The position numbers and the translations under genes were made by a program. DNA of 64,000 nucleotides from Candidatus Latescibacterota bacterium (GTDB lineage: Bacteria > Latescibacterota > UBA2968 > GCA-2709665): NCBI GenBank assembly GCA_965203805.1, contig OZ241917.1:2368001-2432000 (forward strand). The letters run 5' to 3'. The notes below the pieces were generated by a model. That model had not been told where the DNA came from. It did no database searches and saw nothing but the letters and a program-made list of their open reading frames with translations. This document shows positions 21,197 to 29,318 of the stretch, piece after piece. Each line of letters starts with the position of its first letter. Positions within the stretch are counted from its first letter, which is position 1.

Positions 21197-21862
21197 ATGC
21201 GTATTCCGTTGATATTCCTGACGCTGGCTGTTTCCACAATTCAATCCTTAAACGCACAGCCGGCAGACGTCGCAAGTCATGTTACGGCGCTAAAAGGCGA
21301 GACGTTCTGGATCAAGATTGCTTTTGTGGAGGTAAATGACGGGATTCGCGGAGTTGATGCCGCAAACGTCCTGGAGAATGGCGAGGTTTCATACCGCGCA
21401 ACAATCGGCGGGTTTCGGCAGTCCCAATCCCAGTCGGCAGAGGATTTCGCCGAAGAAGCCCGGAATATCATTACGAGGGATGAACTTTCCGGGTGGAGCG
21501 TGCGGGTGATCCAGAGGGGCGCGAAGGTCAAAATCCGAAAAGCGGAGGCGAAGGATAAAGAGGTCTATATTGAACTGGATAAACTGTCAGGCGCGCGCCA
21601 TGCCGTCCGCCTCAAAGTCAATAGAGACAACTACACGATTGCCGAGGTTGAACGCCTCTTCAACGTCGCATTCGCGGCAAGCGAAGCGGAATTGGCAGGT
21701 CCGGAAGAAACCGTTCTGCTTAAACTGAACATGACCGTTGAAGAAGTGATCGCACGAAAAGGCAATCCCGGGACCCGCGTTGATCTCGGCGACAAGACCG
21801 TTCTCGCTTACGACGACGTGAAGTTGATTTTCGAGGACGGAAAGCTGGTGGACGCGGAGTAG
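21197..21862 (+). CDS. Hypothetical secreted protein
   Basis: GGAGG RBS, signal peptide, C-terminal SmpA-like KLIFEDGKLVD. Confidence 0.7.
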   Translation: MRIPLIFLTLAVSTIQSLNAQPADVASHVTALKGETFWIKIAFVEVNDGIRGVDAANVLENGEVSYRATIGGFRQSQSQSAEDFAEEARNIITRDELSGWSVRVIQRGAKVKIRKAEAKDKEVYIELDKLSGARHAVRLKVNRDNYTIAEVERLFNVAFAASEAELAGPEETVLLKLNMTVEEVIARKGNPGTRVDLGDKTVLAYDDVKLIFEDGKLVDAE

Positions 21863-21889
21863 GGCGACCGGCCGGTCGCCCTACTCCGC
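21854..21889. repeat. Perfect 36-bp palindrome, GTAG-type REP-like element or terminator
   Basis: GCGGAGTAGGGCGACCGG|CCGGTCGCCCTACTCCGC. Confidence 0.8.
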
Positions 21890-22006
21890 TAAAACGGGGC
21901 TACGAATTCGTTGGCTGGCGCGCGCCGAATCTCTCGCGGGGTCTCGTACTGTACGATACGTCCACCTTGCAGCACCGCGATCCGGTCCACGACCGCATTC
22001 GCATCA
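21889..22006 (-). pseudogene. C-terminal remnant of an ABC-transporter ATPase (PotA/MalK-like)
   Basis: DRIAVLQGGRIVQYETPREIRRAPANEFVA with no Walker motifs upstream. Confidence 0.7.
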
Positions 22007-22216
22007 CGGACGTCGGTACGTGATGTTGTCAAGGAAGAGGTACATTGAATTTCCGGTCGGTCGAGCGTGCTTCTCACGCGACAACGTCGATTGACTTGAC
22101 CCGAAAAACTGGTATCCTGAGAGAATTGGTTGACATCGCGAATCGAATGGCGACACGGCGGCACTGCAGGTCGTTTCTGTGCCGAAGGCACGTGGATAGT
22201 TGAAAAGGAGATTTTC

Positions 22217-22417
22217 ATGCTCAACACGGCATTGGGGATCGTGAAAGATGGCAGAATCGAGACGTTGGAACGCATCTCGTTGCCCGAAGGAAAGAGGGTG
22301 CTGGTGACGATCTTGCCCGATGACGATAGTTTCTGGCAGGAAGCCAGCCGGGAAACGCTGAAGCAAATCTGGGACAATAATGAGGACGATGTATATGTCC
22401 GATTACTTGACAAATGA
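22217..22417 (+). CDS. Small antitoxin-like protein (AF2212/DUF104-like)
   Basis: AAGGAG RBS; G.VKDGRI..LE.I.LPEG..VLVT...W.N.EDDVY; overlaps the mazF-like fragment. Confidence 0.65.
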   Translation: MLNTALGIVKDGRIETLERISLPEGKRVLVTILPDDDSFWQEASRETLKQIWDNNEDDVYVRLLDK

Positions 22418-22565
22418 TATCGTTCTCGTCCGATTTCCGTTTTCCGACTTGCAGATGTCCAAAGTGCGCCCGGCCATTATTGTGAGCGGGCTCCATATTT
22501 CCCAGGATGTCTTTATTGTCCCGCTAACCAGCAGAATGACAAACCTTCTACCCGCCACGATCTGA
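22395..22565 (+). pseudogene. Truncated MazF/PemK toxin
   Basis: DIVLVRFPFSD...KVRPAIIVS...IVPLTS, then stop at 56 aa (about half length). Confidence 0.75.
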
Positions 22566-22727
22566 TCGGACGCGATCTCACGCCGGAGATCCCCCGGCGT
22601 CAGCACTGGAAGCCCGCGCTTTCCTTTTTGTTTCTGACTCTTTTCGCCATTCCGATTCAATCACTGTTCTAATGAACGATTCTCGCCGGGCTGCCGCCTT
22701 TGATGGCGAGATTGTGTGCCAGTTAAT

Positions 22728-23477
22728 TTACCTCTCGTACAGAGTCTCAATTGGCCGATAGTCACTGGAAACCGGAAGCCGGCGTTCGATCACTTCTCCA
22801 TGCTCGACGTGAAGGGAATACGCTCCCGCCCCGGGACTGGCGGCGATGATCCTGTACCCGTCGGATGTAAACGCGACCGCGCAGTCGTTGTCGATGGCCA
22901 GGCCGTTCCCGCGCTTCCGTTTCATCATCTCATGGAAGTCCCGCCTTCTAGGGACGCCGGCGGTGTCTCCGTTGTAGTGAGGACACGCCAGACCTCTCAA
23001 CAACCCCATCCCGGTGACGGCTATGTAGCGCCAGTCGTCAGGCCTGTAGAACGACATCGAATCGCTGTGGCCCCGCTCAAACCAGCAGATCGCGCCCGCG
23101 CTCACGCCGCACAGCACCGCTCCCCCGGCGTACGCGGACCTGATCAGGGCATCGACCCCCAGCCGACGCCACCGGCGCATCATCTTCAGCGTGTTACCGC
23201 CCCCGGCGTAGATGATGTCCGCGCGTTCGATCTTCTCCGCAATCGCCTCGCGCGAAGGCGCAGCACCCAGAAGGTAGAGCACATCGGTGTCACAGCCGTA
23301 GTTCTCACGATACGCCCGGTCGAACCCTTCCCAATACGACACCGAGTCGCTGCTGGCCGTGGGAATGAACAGCGCGTTCGGACGCGACACGCCGGACAGC
23401 GCGATGATCTCGACGTCTATGGGGCGGGTTGCCAATGTTTCGAGGTCCCCTCCCCCTATCGCAACGATGCTGCCCAT
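22728..23477 (-). CDS. Peptidase E (S51 family)
   Basis: IVAIGGG, FIPTAS, GGGNT, GVSAGA, CPHY. Confidence 0.9.
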   Translation of the reverse strand: MGSIVAIGGGDLETLATRPIDVEIIALSGVSRPNALFIPTASSDSVSYWEGFDRAYRENYGCDTDVLYLLGAAPSREAIAEKIERADIIYAGGGNTLKMMRRWRRLGVDALIRSAYAGGAVLCGVSAGAICWFERGHSDSMSFYRPDDWRYIAVTGMGLLRGLACPHYNGDTAGVPRRRDFHEMMKRKRGNGLAIDNDCAVAFTSDGYRIIAASPGAGAYSLHVEHGEVIERRLPVSSDYRPIETLYER

Positions 23478-23669
23478 GCCGCTAACCTCCACCGTCCACG
23501 ACGAACGGGCGCCGAGAGCGCCAGTCCGTCCGCTCCTTGTTCGCTCTGCCTTTGGCGACCCGGACAGTCTCGCGCGGCGTACGGTACCATCGGGGTGACA
23601 GACAAGCGTACAAATTCAGCCAACCCATTTGACGCCATGACACTTAAGGACGTGTGGTGAGAGAACCAG

Positions 23670-23716
23670 TTGACAACGCGAATCAAAACTGGTAGTTATA
23701 TTGCAGACAATACAAC
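23670..23716 (+). promoter_or_regulatory. Probable promoter and operator of the AbrB-MazF operon
   Basis: TTGACA at 23670; imperfect palindrome GTTATATTG-CAGA-CAATACAAC at 23695-23716. Confidence 0.5.
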
Positions 23717-23732
23717 GACACGGAGGCTTCCG

Positions 23733-23987
23733 GTGAAAACCGCTCTCGTTCAAATCGGTAATTCGCGCGGCATCCGCATCCCCAAGGCGTTCCTGGAACA
23801 GTGTCACCTTCAGGACGTCGTGGAACTCGAACACCACGGCGACCATTTGATTATTCGCCCACCGACCCAACCTCGGTGCGGATGGGACGACGCCTTTCGC
23901 AACATGGGCAAACACCAGGACGACACACTAGTCGACGACCAGTCTCAGCCAGCTACCGAGTGGGACAACACGGAGTGGGAATGGTAG
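23733..23987 (+). CDS. AbrB/MazE family antitoxin
   Basis: QIGNSRGIRIPK, GWDDAF, EWEW; GGAGG RBS. Confidence 0.9.
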   Translation: MKTALVQIGNSRGIRIPKAFLEQCHLQDVVELEHHGDHLIIRPPTQPRCGWDDAFRNMGKHQDDTLVDDQSQPATEWDNTEWEW

Positions 23988-24304
23988 TTGCGCGTTTCGA
24001 CGTCTACCTGGTGCGGCTCGATCCTACACAAGGGCGCGAGATTCAAAAAACGCGCCCTTGTGTCGTAATATCGCCGGATGAGATGAACCGGCACATAGAA
24101 ACCGTCATCGTTGCCCCGATGACTACAAAAGGTCGCACTTATCCCACCCGCGTCCCCTTGCGTTTTCAGAGAAAAGTCGGACAGATCGTACTCGATCAGG
24201 TACGCACCGTTGACAAATCACGCCTGGTCCGTCGCCTTGGAAAGATTAGCGACAGGGCGGCGCTGCAGATCCTTTCTGTGCTGAAGGAGATGTTCGCGTC
24301 GTAG
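23981..24304 (+). CDS. MazF/PemK endoribonuclease toxin
   Basis: LDPTQGREIQKTRPCVVISPDEMN, LDQVRTVDKSRL. Confidence 0.92.
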   Translation: MVVARFDVYLVRLDPTQGREIQKTRPCVVISPDEMNRHIETVIVAPMTTKGRTYPTRVPLRFQRKVGQIVLDQVRTVDKSRLVRRLGKISDRAALQILSVLKEMFAS

Positions 24305-24469
24305 TTTTCCGCGTGCGAGGCCTTTAGATACGCAGGTTGCCGACACACACCCGGCGATCCGGAAAGGATGTATCACGACAATTCTGTCGCGTTGGTTTCC
24401 GGTGACGGCGCAAGTCCTCCTGCCAAGTGCGCCAACAAGCTCCCGAAGTCTACAGAAGGAGCGTACCTG

Positions 24470-24670
24470 ATGAAACCTTCGGTCCCATTTGAAAAACACC
24501 ATTTCGAATTCCTCAGCCATCCGGACCGCGCTCGCGCCTACCTCGAGGTCGCGCTGGAGGAATACGCCAGAGACAGGGATCGAACCGTCCTTCTGCTGGC
24601 TCTGAAGGACGTTGCGACGGCAAGGGGCGGGCCTGAAGCGCGTCGGACTTCTCTTACGCGGAATGGGTAG
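24470..24670 (+). pseudogene. Truncated addiction-module antidote protein (HI1420-like), HTH lost
   Basis: AYLEVALEE...LLLALKDVATARGG, then similarity is lost. Confidence 0.65.
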
Positions 24671-24757
24671 TGACAAGGCGGTACCGTCCGGGAAAATGGG
24701 ACTGGGCATGCCGCCGTTCGGCGATTCCAATCCCTTGCGGCTGAAGGCGACTTTCAT
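24635..24757 (-). pseudogene. N-terminal remnant of an Nmad3-like (nucleotide-modification-associated) protein
   Basis: MKVAFSRKGLES..GGMPSPIFPDG..LSLPIP resembles the SRKGFD...PSPI.PDG...SLPIP motif; about 40 aa only. Confidence 0.55.
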
Positions 24758-24879
24758 GGATTCCCTGCCTCCCTGGATTCATTTCGGTTGCAAAAACCCA
24801 CGGTTTGATTGGAAGTCAAATTAGGGGTAAACGTCAGGGGCTTGTAGAGCGTGAATAGGGGGAAGTTTATTCCCAAGCA

Positions 24880-24927
24880 AAAAATAACCCTTGTTCTGAT
24901 GAAAGTAAATTTCGACAGAACAAGGGC
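24880..24927 (-). terminator. Intrinsic terminator downstream of the XRE gene
   Basis: CCCTTGTTCTG...CAGAACAAGGG stem followed by TTATTTTTT on the minus strand. Confidence 0.7.
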
Positions 24928-24960
24928 TGTATATGTCGTAATGTGCTCTTGGCTATAAAT

Positions 24961-25599
24961 TTAAGTCACAGCCGACACGTTACCGTATGATTTTTGAGGC
25001 GCTACAACAATCGGTTCTTCTGTCTCAATAACTTCTGTATCATCCTCGACTGTATCAGTTGTAAGTTCATCGATAAAATCGACGATTTTTGCCATGTCTT
25101 TCTGATTTGGCGTTTGTCCCTGAAGATTATTGAAACTGTATAGGAAAAGTCGCAGGATATTATATAGGTAATCCTTATAGAAGGTATTCACTCCTGTATG
25201 AATAGCCTTATCTCCCTGTACCAGATCAGCTAGCTTATTAAGGTAGTCGCGAATTTCAAACACACGTTGCTTAATGGCATGTGTTGCCACAGTTTCTGTT
25301 GAATCTGTTTTGTCGGTATCCAGGATAATCGTAACGTTCATGCCCAGGGCACTTGCGTGTTTGAAAAGAAAAGGTACGCTTATTCGATGGTCAGTGCCAT
25401 CCTCCAATGCCGCAATTTCCTTTTTTGACATACCCATCTTCTTCGCCAATTGTCTTTGGGTCATGTCCTTAGAACACCGGAGCGCACATAGTGCGCTTAT
25501 GACGATTCGATCCGCTAAACGTCGCTCTAACCGGCGTACAGAAGTAGCGGAGAGATTGTCCTGTGCCATTTCTAACACCGAATTATACGGAGCGGCCAT
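24961..25599 (-). CDS. XRE-family HTH protein (HigA-like antitoxin) with long C-terminal extension
   Basis: LR...MTQRQLAKKMGMSKKEIAALEDG; overlaps the upstream toxin-like gene. Confidence 0.75.
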   Translation of the reverse strand: MAAPYNSVLEMAQDNLSATSVRRLERRLADRIVISALCALRCSKDMTQRQLAKKMGMSKKEIAALEDGTDHRISVPFLFKHASALGMNVTIILDTDKTDSTETVATHAIKQRVFEIRDYLNKLADLVQGDKAIHTGVNTFYKDYLYNILRLFLYSFNNLQGQTPNQKDMAKIVDFIDELTTDTVEDDTEVIETEEPIVVAPQKSYGNVSAVT

Positions 25600-25957
25600 T
25601 CGGTTTCTCCATTTCTAGTTTATGAATATAATCATGTCCCCAAAGGATATCGTGTTTTTGGGACTTTTTAAACCCAATGGCGATCAAATGAATCATAGAA
25701 GTCTCTAATTCCAAATAAAAGTATAATCGCGCTTCCGGCAATTTAAACGGCGCACCTCGTTGATCTACCGCGTAGAGTCCGTGACCCTCATTACGTACCT
25801 TTCCAAGCCGTACGATATTTTGAGGTCTATCAGAAATCTGTAAGGTCTCTTGCACGGTCGCTAGATTCTCAAGAAGTGCCTCCAAAGTGGCGCCATGTTT
25901 CTTACCGAATCTCTTCAATTGCCGCTGAAATTTATCCGAATGAAGAAACTCCCACAT
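25583..25957 (-). CDS. Probable RelE/HigB-like toxin
   Basis: 124 aa, basic; ARLYFY...IHLIAIGFKKSQKHDI; toxin-before-XRE gene order. Confidence 0.6.
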   Translation of the reverse strand: MWEFLHSDKFQRQLKRFGKKHGATLEALLENLATVQETLQISDRPQNIVRLGKVRNEGHGLYAVDQRGAPFKLPEARLYFYLELETSMIHLIAIGFKKSQKHDILWGHDYIHKLEMEKPNGRSV

Positions 25958-26350
25958 ACACAGAGACCCGACAATAGTCGAAATGTTCCCTTATATTGGA
26001 GTCGATTATATATGGGCAAATCTCACTTGTCAAGTCCAAATTACGACATTGTTGGACTAATGTTCCGACAATTTAGAATATAACCAGTTTGCCATCTAAA
26101 TACAACATCACGATGTATCCTCTCCAAAGGTCCCCGTCCCGTCTCCGGTTATTCTTGTAACACGCCTCCGCCAGATACAGTTCTATCCACTCATTACTAT
26201 ATCGAATCCAGTCGGAAGCCGGCATCCGCAGGCACGAACAGACCTGCCCGTCCATCATCCGTTTTTCTGACTGACCACTGACACTGATCACCGACCACTG
26301 CTGCTTCACTCCTTGTCCTGATGGAAGATTCCCAGCGTGCCGATCAAGCC

Positions 26351-26527
26351 TCAGTCAGTATCCTGATCGGCGAAACGGCGGTCCATCTCAGCCCAGTGAG
26401 CGAGCTGCTCGGGGGTGGGGACGGGCATACCGGCCTTGCGGTAGTCTTCCGGCGAGTAGGGCGTCCCGTCCGGATGCCAGCACTGGAAAGCGGCGGGCTG
26501 CTGGCGATTTCGGATATCTTTCGGCAT
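26351..26527 (-). CDS. Small protein A, 58 aa, absent from the ORF track: MPKDIRNRQQPAAFQCWHPDGTPYSPEDYRKAGMPVPTPEQLAHWAEMDRRFADQDTD
   Basis: Translated by hand; paralogous to the two upstream small ORFs; ATG 5 nt after the repeat. Confidence 0.75.
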   Translation of the reverse strand: MPKDIRNRQQPAAFQCWHPDGTPYSPEDYRKAGMPVPTPEQLAHWAEMDRRFADQDTD

Positions 26528-26655
26528 AAGCAGTTCTAATCCTTTCTCTGATGGAAGATTCTCGCCGGGAATGACGGCAGAATCCAGCAGCGGGGAGGGA
26601 GATCCTTCCAGGTGACCAAATTCTATGAGGTGGAGCTGATGTATCCGACACGGGA

Positions 26656-26841
26656 TTAACCGAAGTAACGGGCCTTGATCTCCGCGATCGTCCGATCCAT
26701 CCGGTCCCGGTGAGCCCGGTGCTCAGGCGTCGGGACGGGCATCCCCGCCTTGCGATAGTCCGCATCGGAATAGGGGGTTCCATCCGGATGCCAGACTTCA
26801 AAGATCTTCGGACCTTCTCGATTTTGGAAATCCTGTGGCAT
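26656..26841 (-). CDS. Small protein B, 61 aa: MPQDFQNREGPKIFEVWHPDGTPYSDADYRKAGMPVPTPEHRAHRDRMDRTIAEIKARYFG
   Basis: Shares WHPDGTPYS..DYRKAGMPVPTPE with protein A, with synonymous codon differences; ATG 5 nt after the repeat. Confidence 0.75.
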   Translation of the reverse strand: MPQDFQNREGPKIFEVWHPDGTPYSDADYRKAGMPVPTPEHRAHRDRMDRTIAEIKARYFG

Positions 26842-26910
26842 AAGCAGTTTCAATCCTTTCTGTGATGGAAGTTTCTCACCGCGTATTTTCTCGTGGAGCT
26901 TGATTGAGGA

Positions 26911-27084
26911 CTAGCGGTCTTCGCTGGCGCGTTCATGGTCCTGTTCAGCCCACAAGGCCATTTGCTCAGGGATGGGGACGGGGAGGCCGATACGGCGGTA
27001 GTCTTCCGGGGTGGCCGGTGTGCCGTATGGACGCCAGACGCGCCACGGGCCGCCGGTTTGTTTGTTGTGCTTTGGTGTGGTCAT
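26911..27084 (-). CDS. Small protein C, 57 aa: MTTPKHNKQTGGPWRVWRPYGTPATPEDYRRIGLPVPIPEQMALWAEQDHERASEDR
   Basis: W.P.GTP..PEDYR..G.PVP.PEQ.A.WAE.D motif; ATG 4 nt after the repeat. Confidence 0.72.
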   Translation of the reverse strand: MTTPKHNKQTGGPWRVWRPYGTPATPEDYRRIGLPVPIPEQMALWAEQDHERASEDR

Positions 27085-27149
27085 ATCGGTTTCAGTCCTT
27101 GTTTTGATGGAAGATTCTCGCCGGGAATTCACTCGGCATTGCTACGTCT

Positions 27150-27485
27150 TCAGTTGGAAGCCCTGGGTACGGGCGTGGCGACGGGCTTGTCCGTCCGGTA
27201 GTACTGGCTTCGACGTCCTACGATATGGGCCCTGCCCTGTTCGACGGCATCAAGGTCGAAATTGCCCGATCCATGGTCTCGGATAAACGACCGGGCCAGG
27301 ATGCGGCCGCGCGGTGACAATTTCAGGTGCCGGAACAACTCGTCGACCGTCGCGTCGCTGGCAAATTCGCCCCGCATCGTGTTAACGGCTACCGCCTGGA
27401 GCCGGGACAGGTACGCGACTTCGTCCATGTGTTTACGGACGCCGTATTTGCCCTTCCTCGGCTTATCTATGACGAATCTGGGCAT
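27150..27485 (-). CDS. Hypothetical protein D (111 aa) between repeats 4 and 5 of the mini-array
   Basis: GC3-rich ORF, co-oriented with A-C, ending 24 nt before the next repeat; no recognisable family. Confidence 0.5.
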   Translation of the reverse strand: MPRFVIDKPRKGKYGVRKHMDEVAYLSRLQAVAVNTMRGEFASDATVDELFRHLKLSPRGRILARSFIRDHGSGNFDLDAVEQGRAHIVGRRSQYYRTDKPVATPVPRASN

Positions 27486-27723
27486 AGAGCGGACCCCAAT
27501 ATCGGGTTGCCTGTACGGCTGCGCTGCTGGTCTCTCCGGTCACACGGTCCCGGGTGTTTTCGAGGGAACGCTCGCCGCCAGGAAGCGAGCTCTCGTCAAA
27601 CCCCAGCTTATGATTGTTGTTTCAATCGTTGTACTGATGGAAGATTCTCGCCGGGCGTGGCGATACGGGCGGCTTTGGACATCAACCGGCGAAGCGAATG
27701 GGCTGTGAACCCGAGGCCGGTTG

Positions 27724-28326
27724 TCATGCACGGTCCCGGTACTCTCCTTCACAATACCTGCGAATTCTCAACCCAAGCTCGCGCGCGTTTCGCTTGGACC
27801 AGAATCGGAAGTGCTTAACATATAGGAGTTCGCACGGGAGGTCCTTCCCCTGTAGCAACTCGGCAGCGTCCTTGCCGTGGGCAATCACCAGCCTGGGCGC
27901 GATCTGGCGCAAGAGATAGTCGAAGGAAGTCGAGATCTTGCTTCGCTCGTCCAGGTCCGATGCCTGATTAGTCGCTTTCGCGTAGACATTCGTCTCGAGG
28001 CATTTGACGGGACTGGCGCCCGAGACGACCTCCTCGATGATTCTTCGTGTGTTGCTTACTTCATTCCTTCTCTTTCTTCCGGGTTTCAGCGGGCGAGACC
28101 TTCGCTCCTCCTTGTACTTCTCGAACCACGCGCGTTTGTCGAATCCATAGCTGTCCGACCAGAAATCCCAGAAATCAACCGACATGCGGCTCGCGGGATT
28201 GATACCAACGAGGAACACATCGCAATCAAGCGGCGAACCCTCGCACACGAACGGACGCAGATCGGTCGGCCTGCCGATCAGAGATGCCAGGCCAAGGCTG
28301 AACTCGTGCAAGCTACTCGTTTCCAT
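27724..28326 (-). CDS. Uracil-DNA glycosylase-like superfamily protein
   Basis: VFLVGINPA (motif A-like), ETN, PRLVIAHGKDA, VKHF; GAGG RBS. Confidence 0.6.
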   Translation of the reverse strand: METSSLHEFSLGLASLIGRPTDLRPFVCEGSPLDCDVFLVGINPASRMSVDFWDFWSDSYGFDKRAWFEKYKEERRSRPLKPGRKRRNEVSNTRRIIEEVVSGASPVKCLETNVYAKATNQASDLDERSKISTSFDYLLRQIAPRLVIAHGKDAAELLQGKDLPCELLYVKHFRFWSKRNARELGLRIRRYCEGEYRDRA

Positions 28327-28739
28327 TTTAGTCTTCCTCTCATTGATGTTCCAGGCCTATTCAGATTTATCCTCTCGGTTGACAGGAGTCGGCCGCCAGC
28401 CACAATCGGAATTCCGGATGTAGTGACAATAACTTAATCGTGCTTTGGCAGTCGAGAAACGCACCGGCTGTCACGCAGTGTGAATCCATACAAAAACACC
28501 GGCATAATGCCGGTCTCAGTCAATCGAAACAGTCTTGATAAACCTTCGGAAGGTAACGGAAAGTTCAATGCCCGTCGCGACTTTGGGCGGTGGATTACTG
28601 GAGAACAGATCTGGAACTCACGAGGTCGCCACCATGAACAAATGGATTTGGGTCAATCACCGGAGGTTGTAATGCTGATGCTTCTCGGTTTATCTCTAAG
28701 TTGTAGACAGATCGAACCAAGGAAACAGGTGCAGTGTAT

Positions 28740-29318
28740 CTACGTTGCGCTGACGTTCGAATCTGACCCCTGCCGCAGATATTCGTATCCACGTAGATTG
28801 GCCGTTTTTTTTGCAATTTTTTCAATTATCGATATTCTCGTCGACCTGGACGATAAATTAATCCCCAGTGCCTCGCCAATTTGCCTCAGCATTGAAATGT
28901 CGTACTTTTTTCGATCGGCCAAAGTGAGCTCGATATCTGACGACGTCAACCCTTTTAATTCTTCTGCTATAACCCTTGCATCCTCGCGGCTCTGTGCAGA
29001 ATAGGCATTGCGTGCGGTCTTCTTCGTCCCCTTGTTTCGTGATGACAGACCCAGAACTGACGAAAGCACAGGATCTGACTCTGCGACGCGTACACAGTCC
29101 TTGATAGATTCGATGGTCGATGTAACGCCTTCAACGTCTTCCCCTGCAGGAAGTGACCTTAGCCTTATCTGGAAATCTCTTAGGAACTTAATCAAGACCT
29201 CCAATTCTTGGTCAAGTCGATGTTTTGTCTCCTCCGTGGGCAAGGCGTCAACCAACTCGGACAGCCTGCTGAGAAAGTTGTCCAATTTCCTTCCGGTCAA
29301 TCTTACTGAATTGCTCAT
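28740..29318 (-). CDS. Hypothetical helical protein translationally coupled to ParA
   Basis: TAATG overlap at 29318; C-terminal LRQIGEALGI...IIEKI helix-extension-helix-like segment. Confidence 0.7.
   Translation of the reverse strand: MSNSVRLTGRKLDNFLSRLSELVDALPTEETKHRLDQELEVLIKFLRDFQIRLRSLPAGEDVEGVTSTIESIKDCVRVAESDPVLSSVLGLSSRNKGTKKTARNAYSAQSREDARVIAEELKGLTSSDIELTLADRKKYDISMLRQIGEALGINLSSRSTRISIIEKIAKKTANLRGYEYLRQGSDSNVSAT

Larger units (their letters stand above)
26303..27655 (-). CRISPR. Atypical mini-array of five diverged CRISPR repeats (26303-26339, 26533-26569, 26847-26883, 27089-27125, 27619-27655) separated by 193-493 bp ORF-containing inserts
   Basis: Each copy aligns without gaps to GTTTCAATCCTTGTTCTGATGGAAGATTCTC; three share the variant tail CTCGCCGGG. 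Confidence 0.85.

Noticed and set aside
26073-26309. ORF pair 26073-26309 and 30738-31067 with similar N-termini
   Set aside because: Similarity comes from the duplicated trailer DNA; starts lie inside the terminal repeats and similarity ends after about 35 codons
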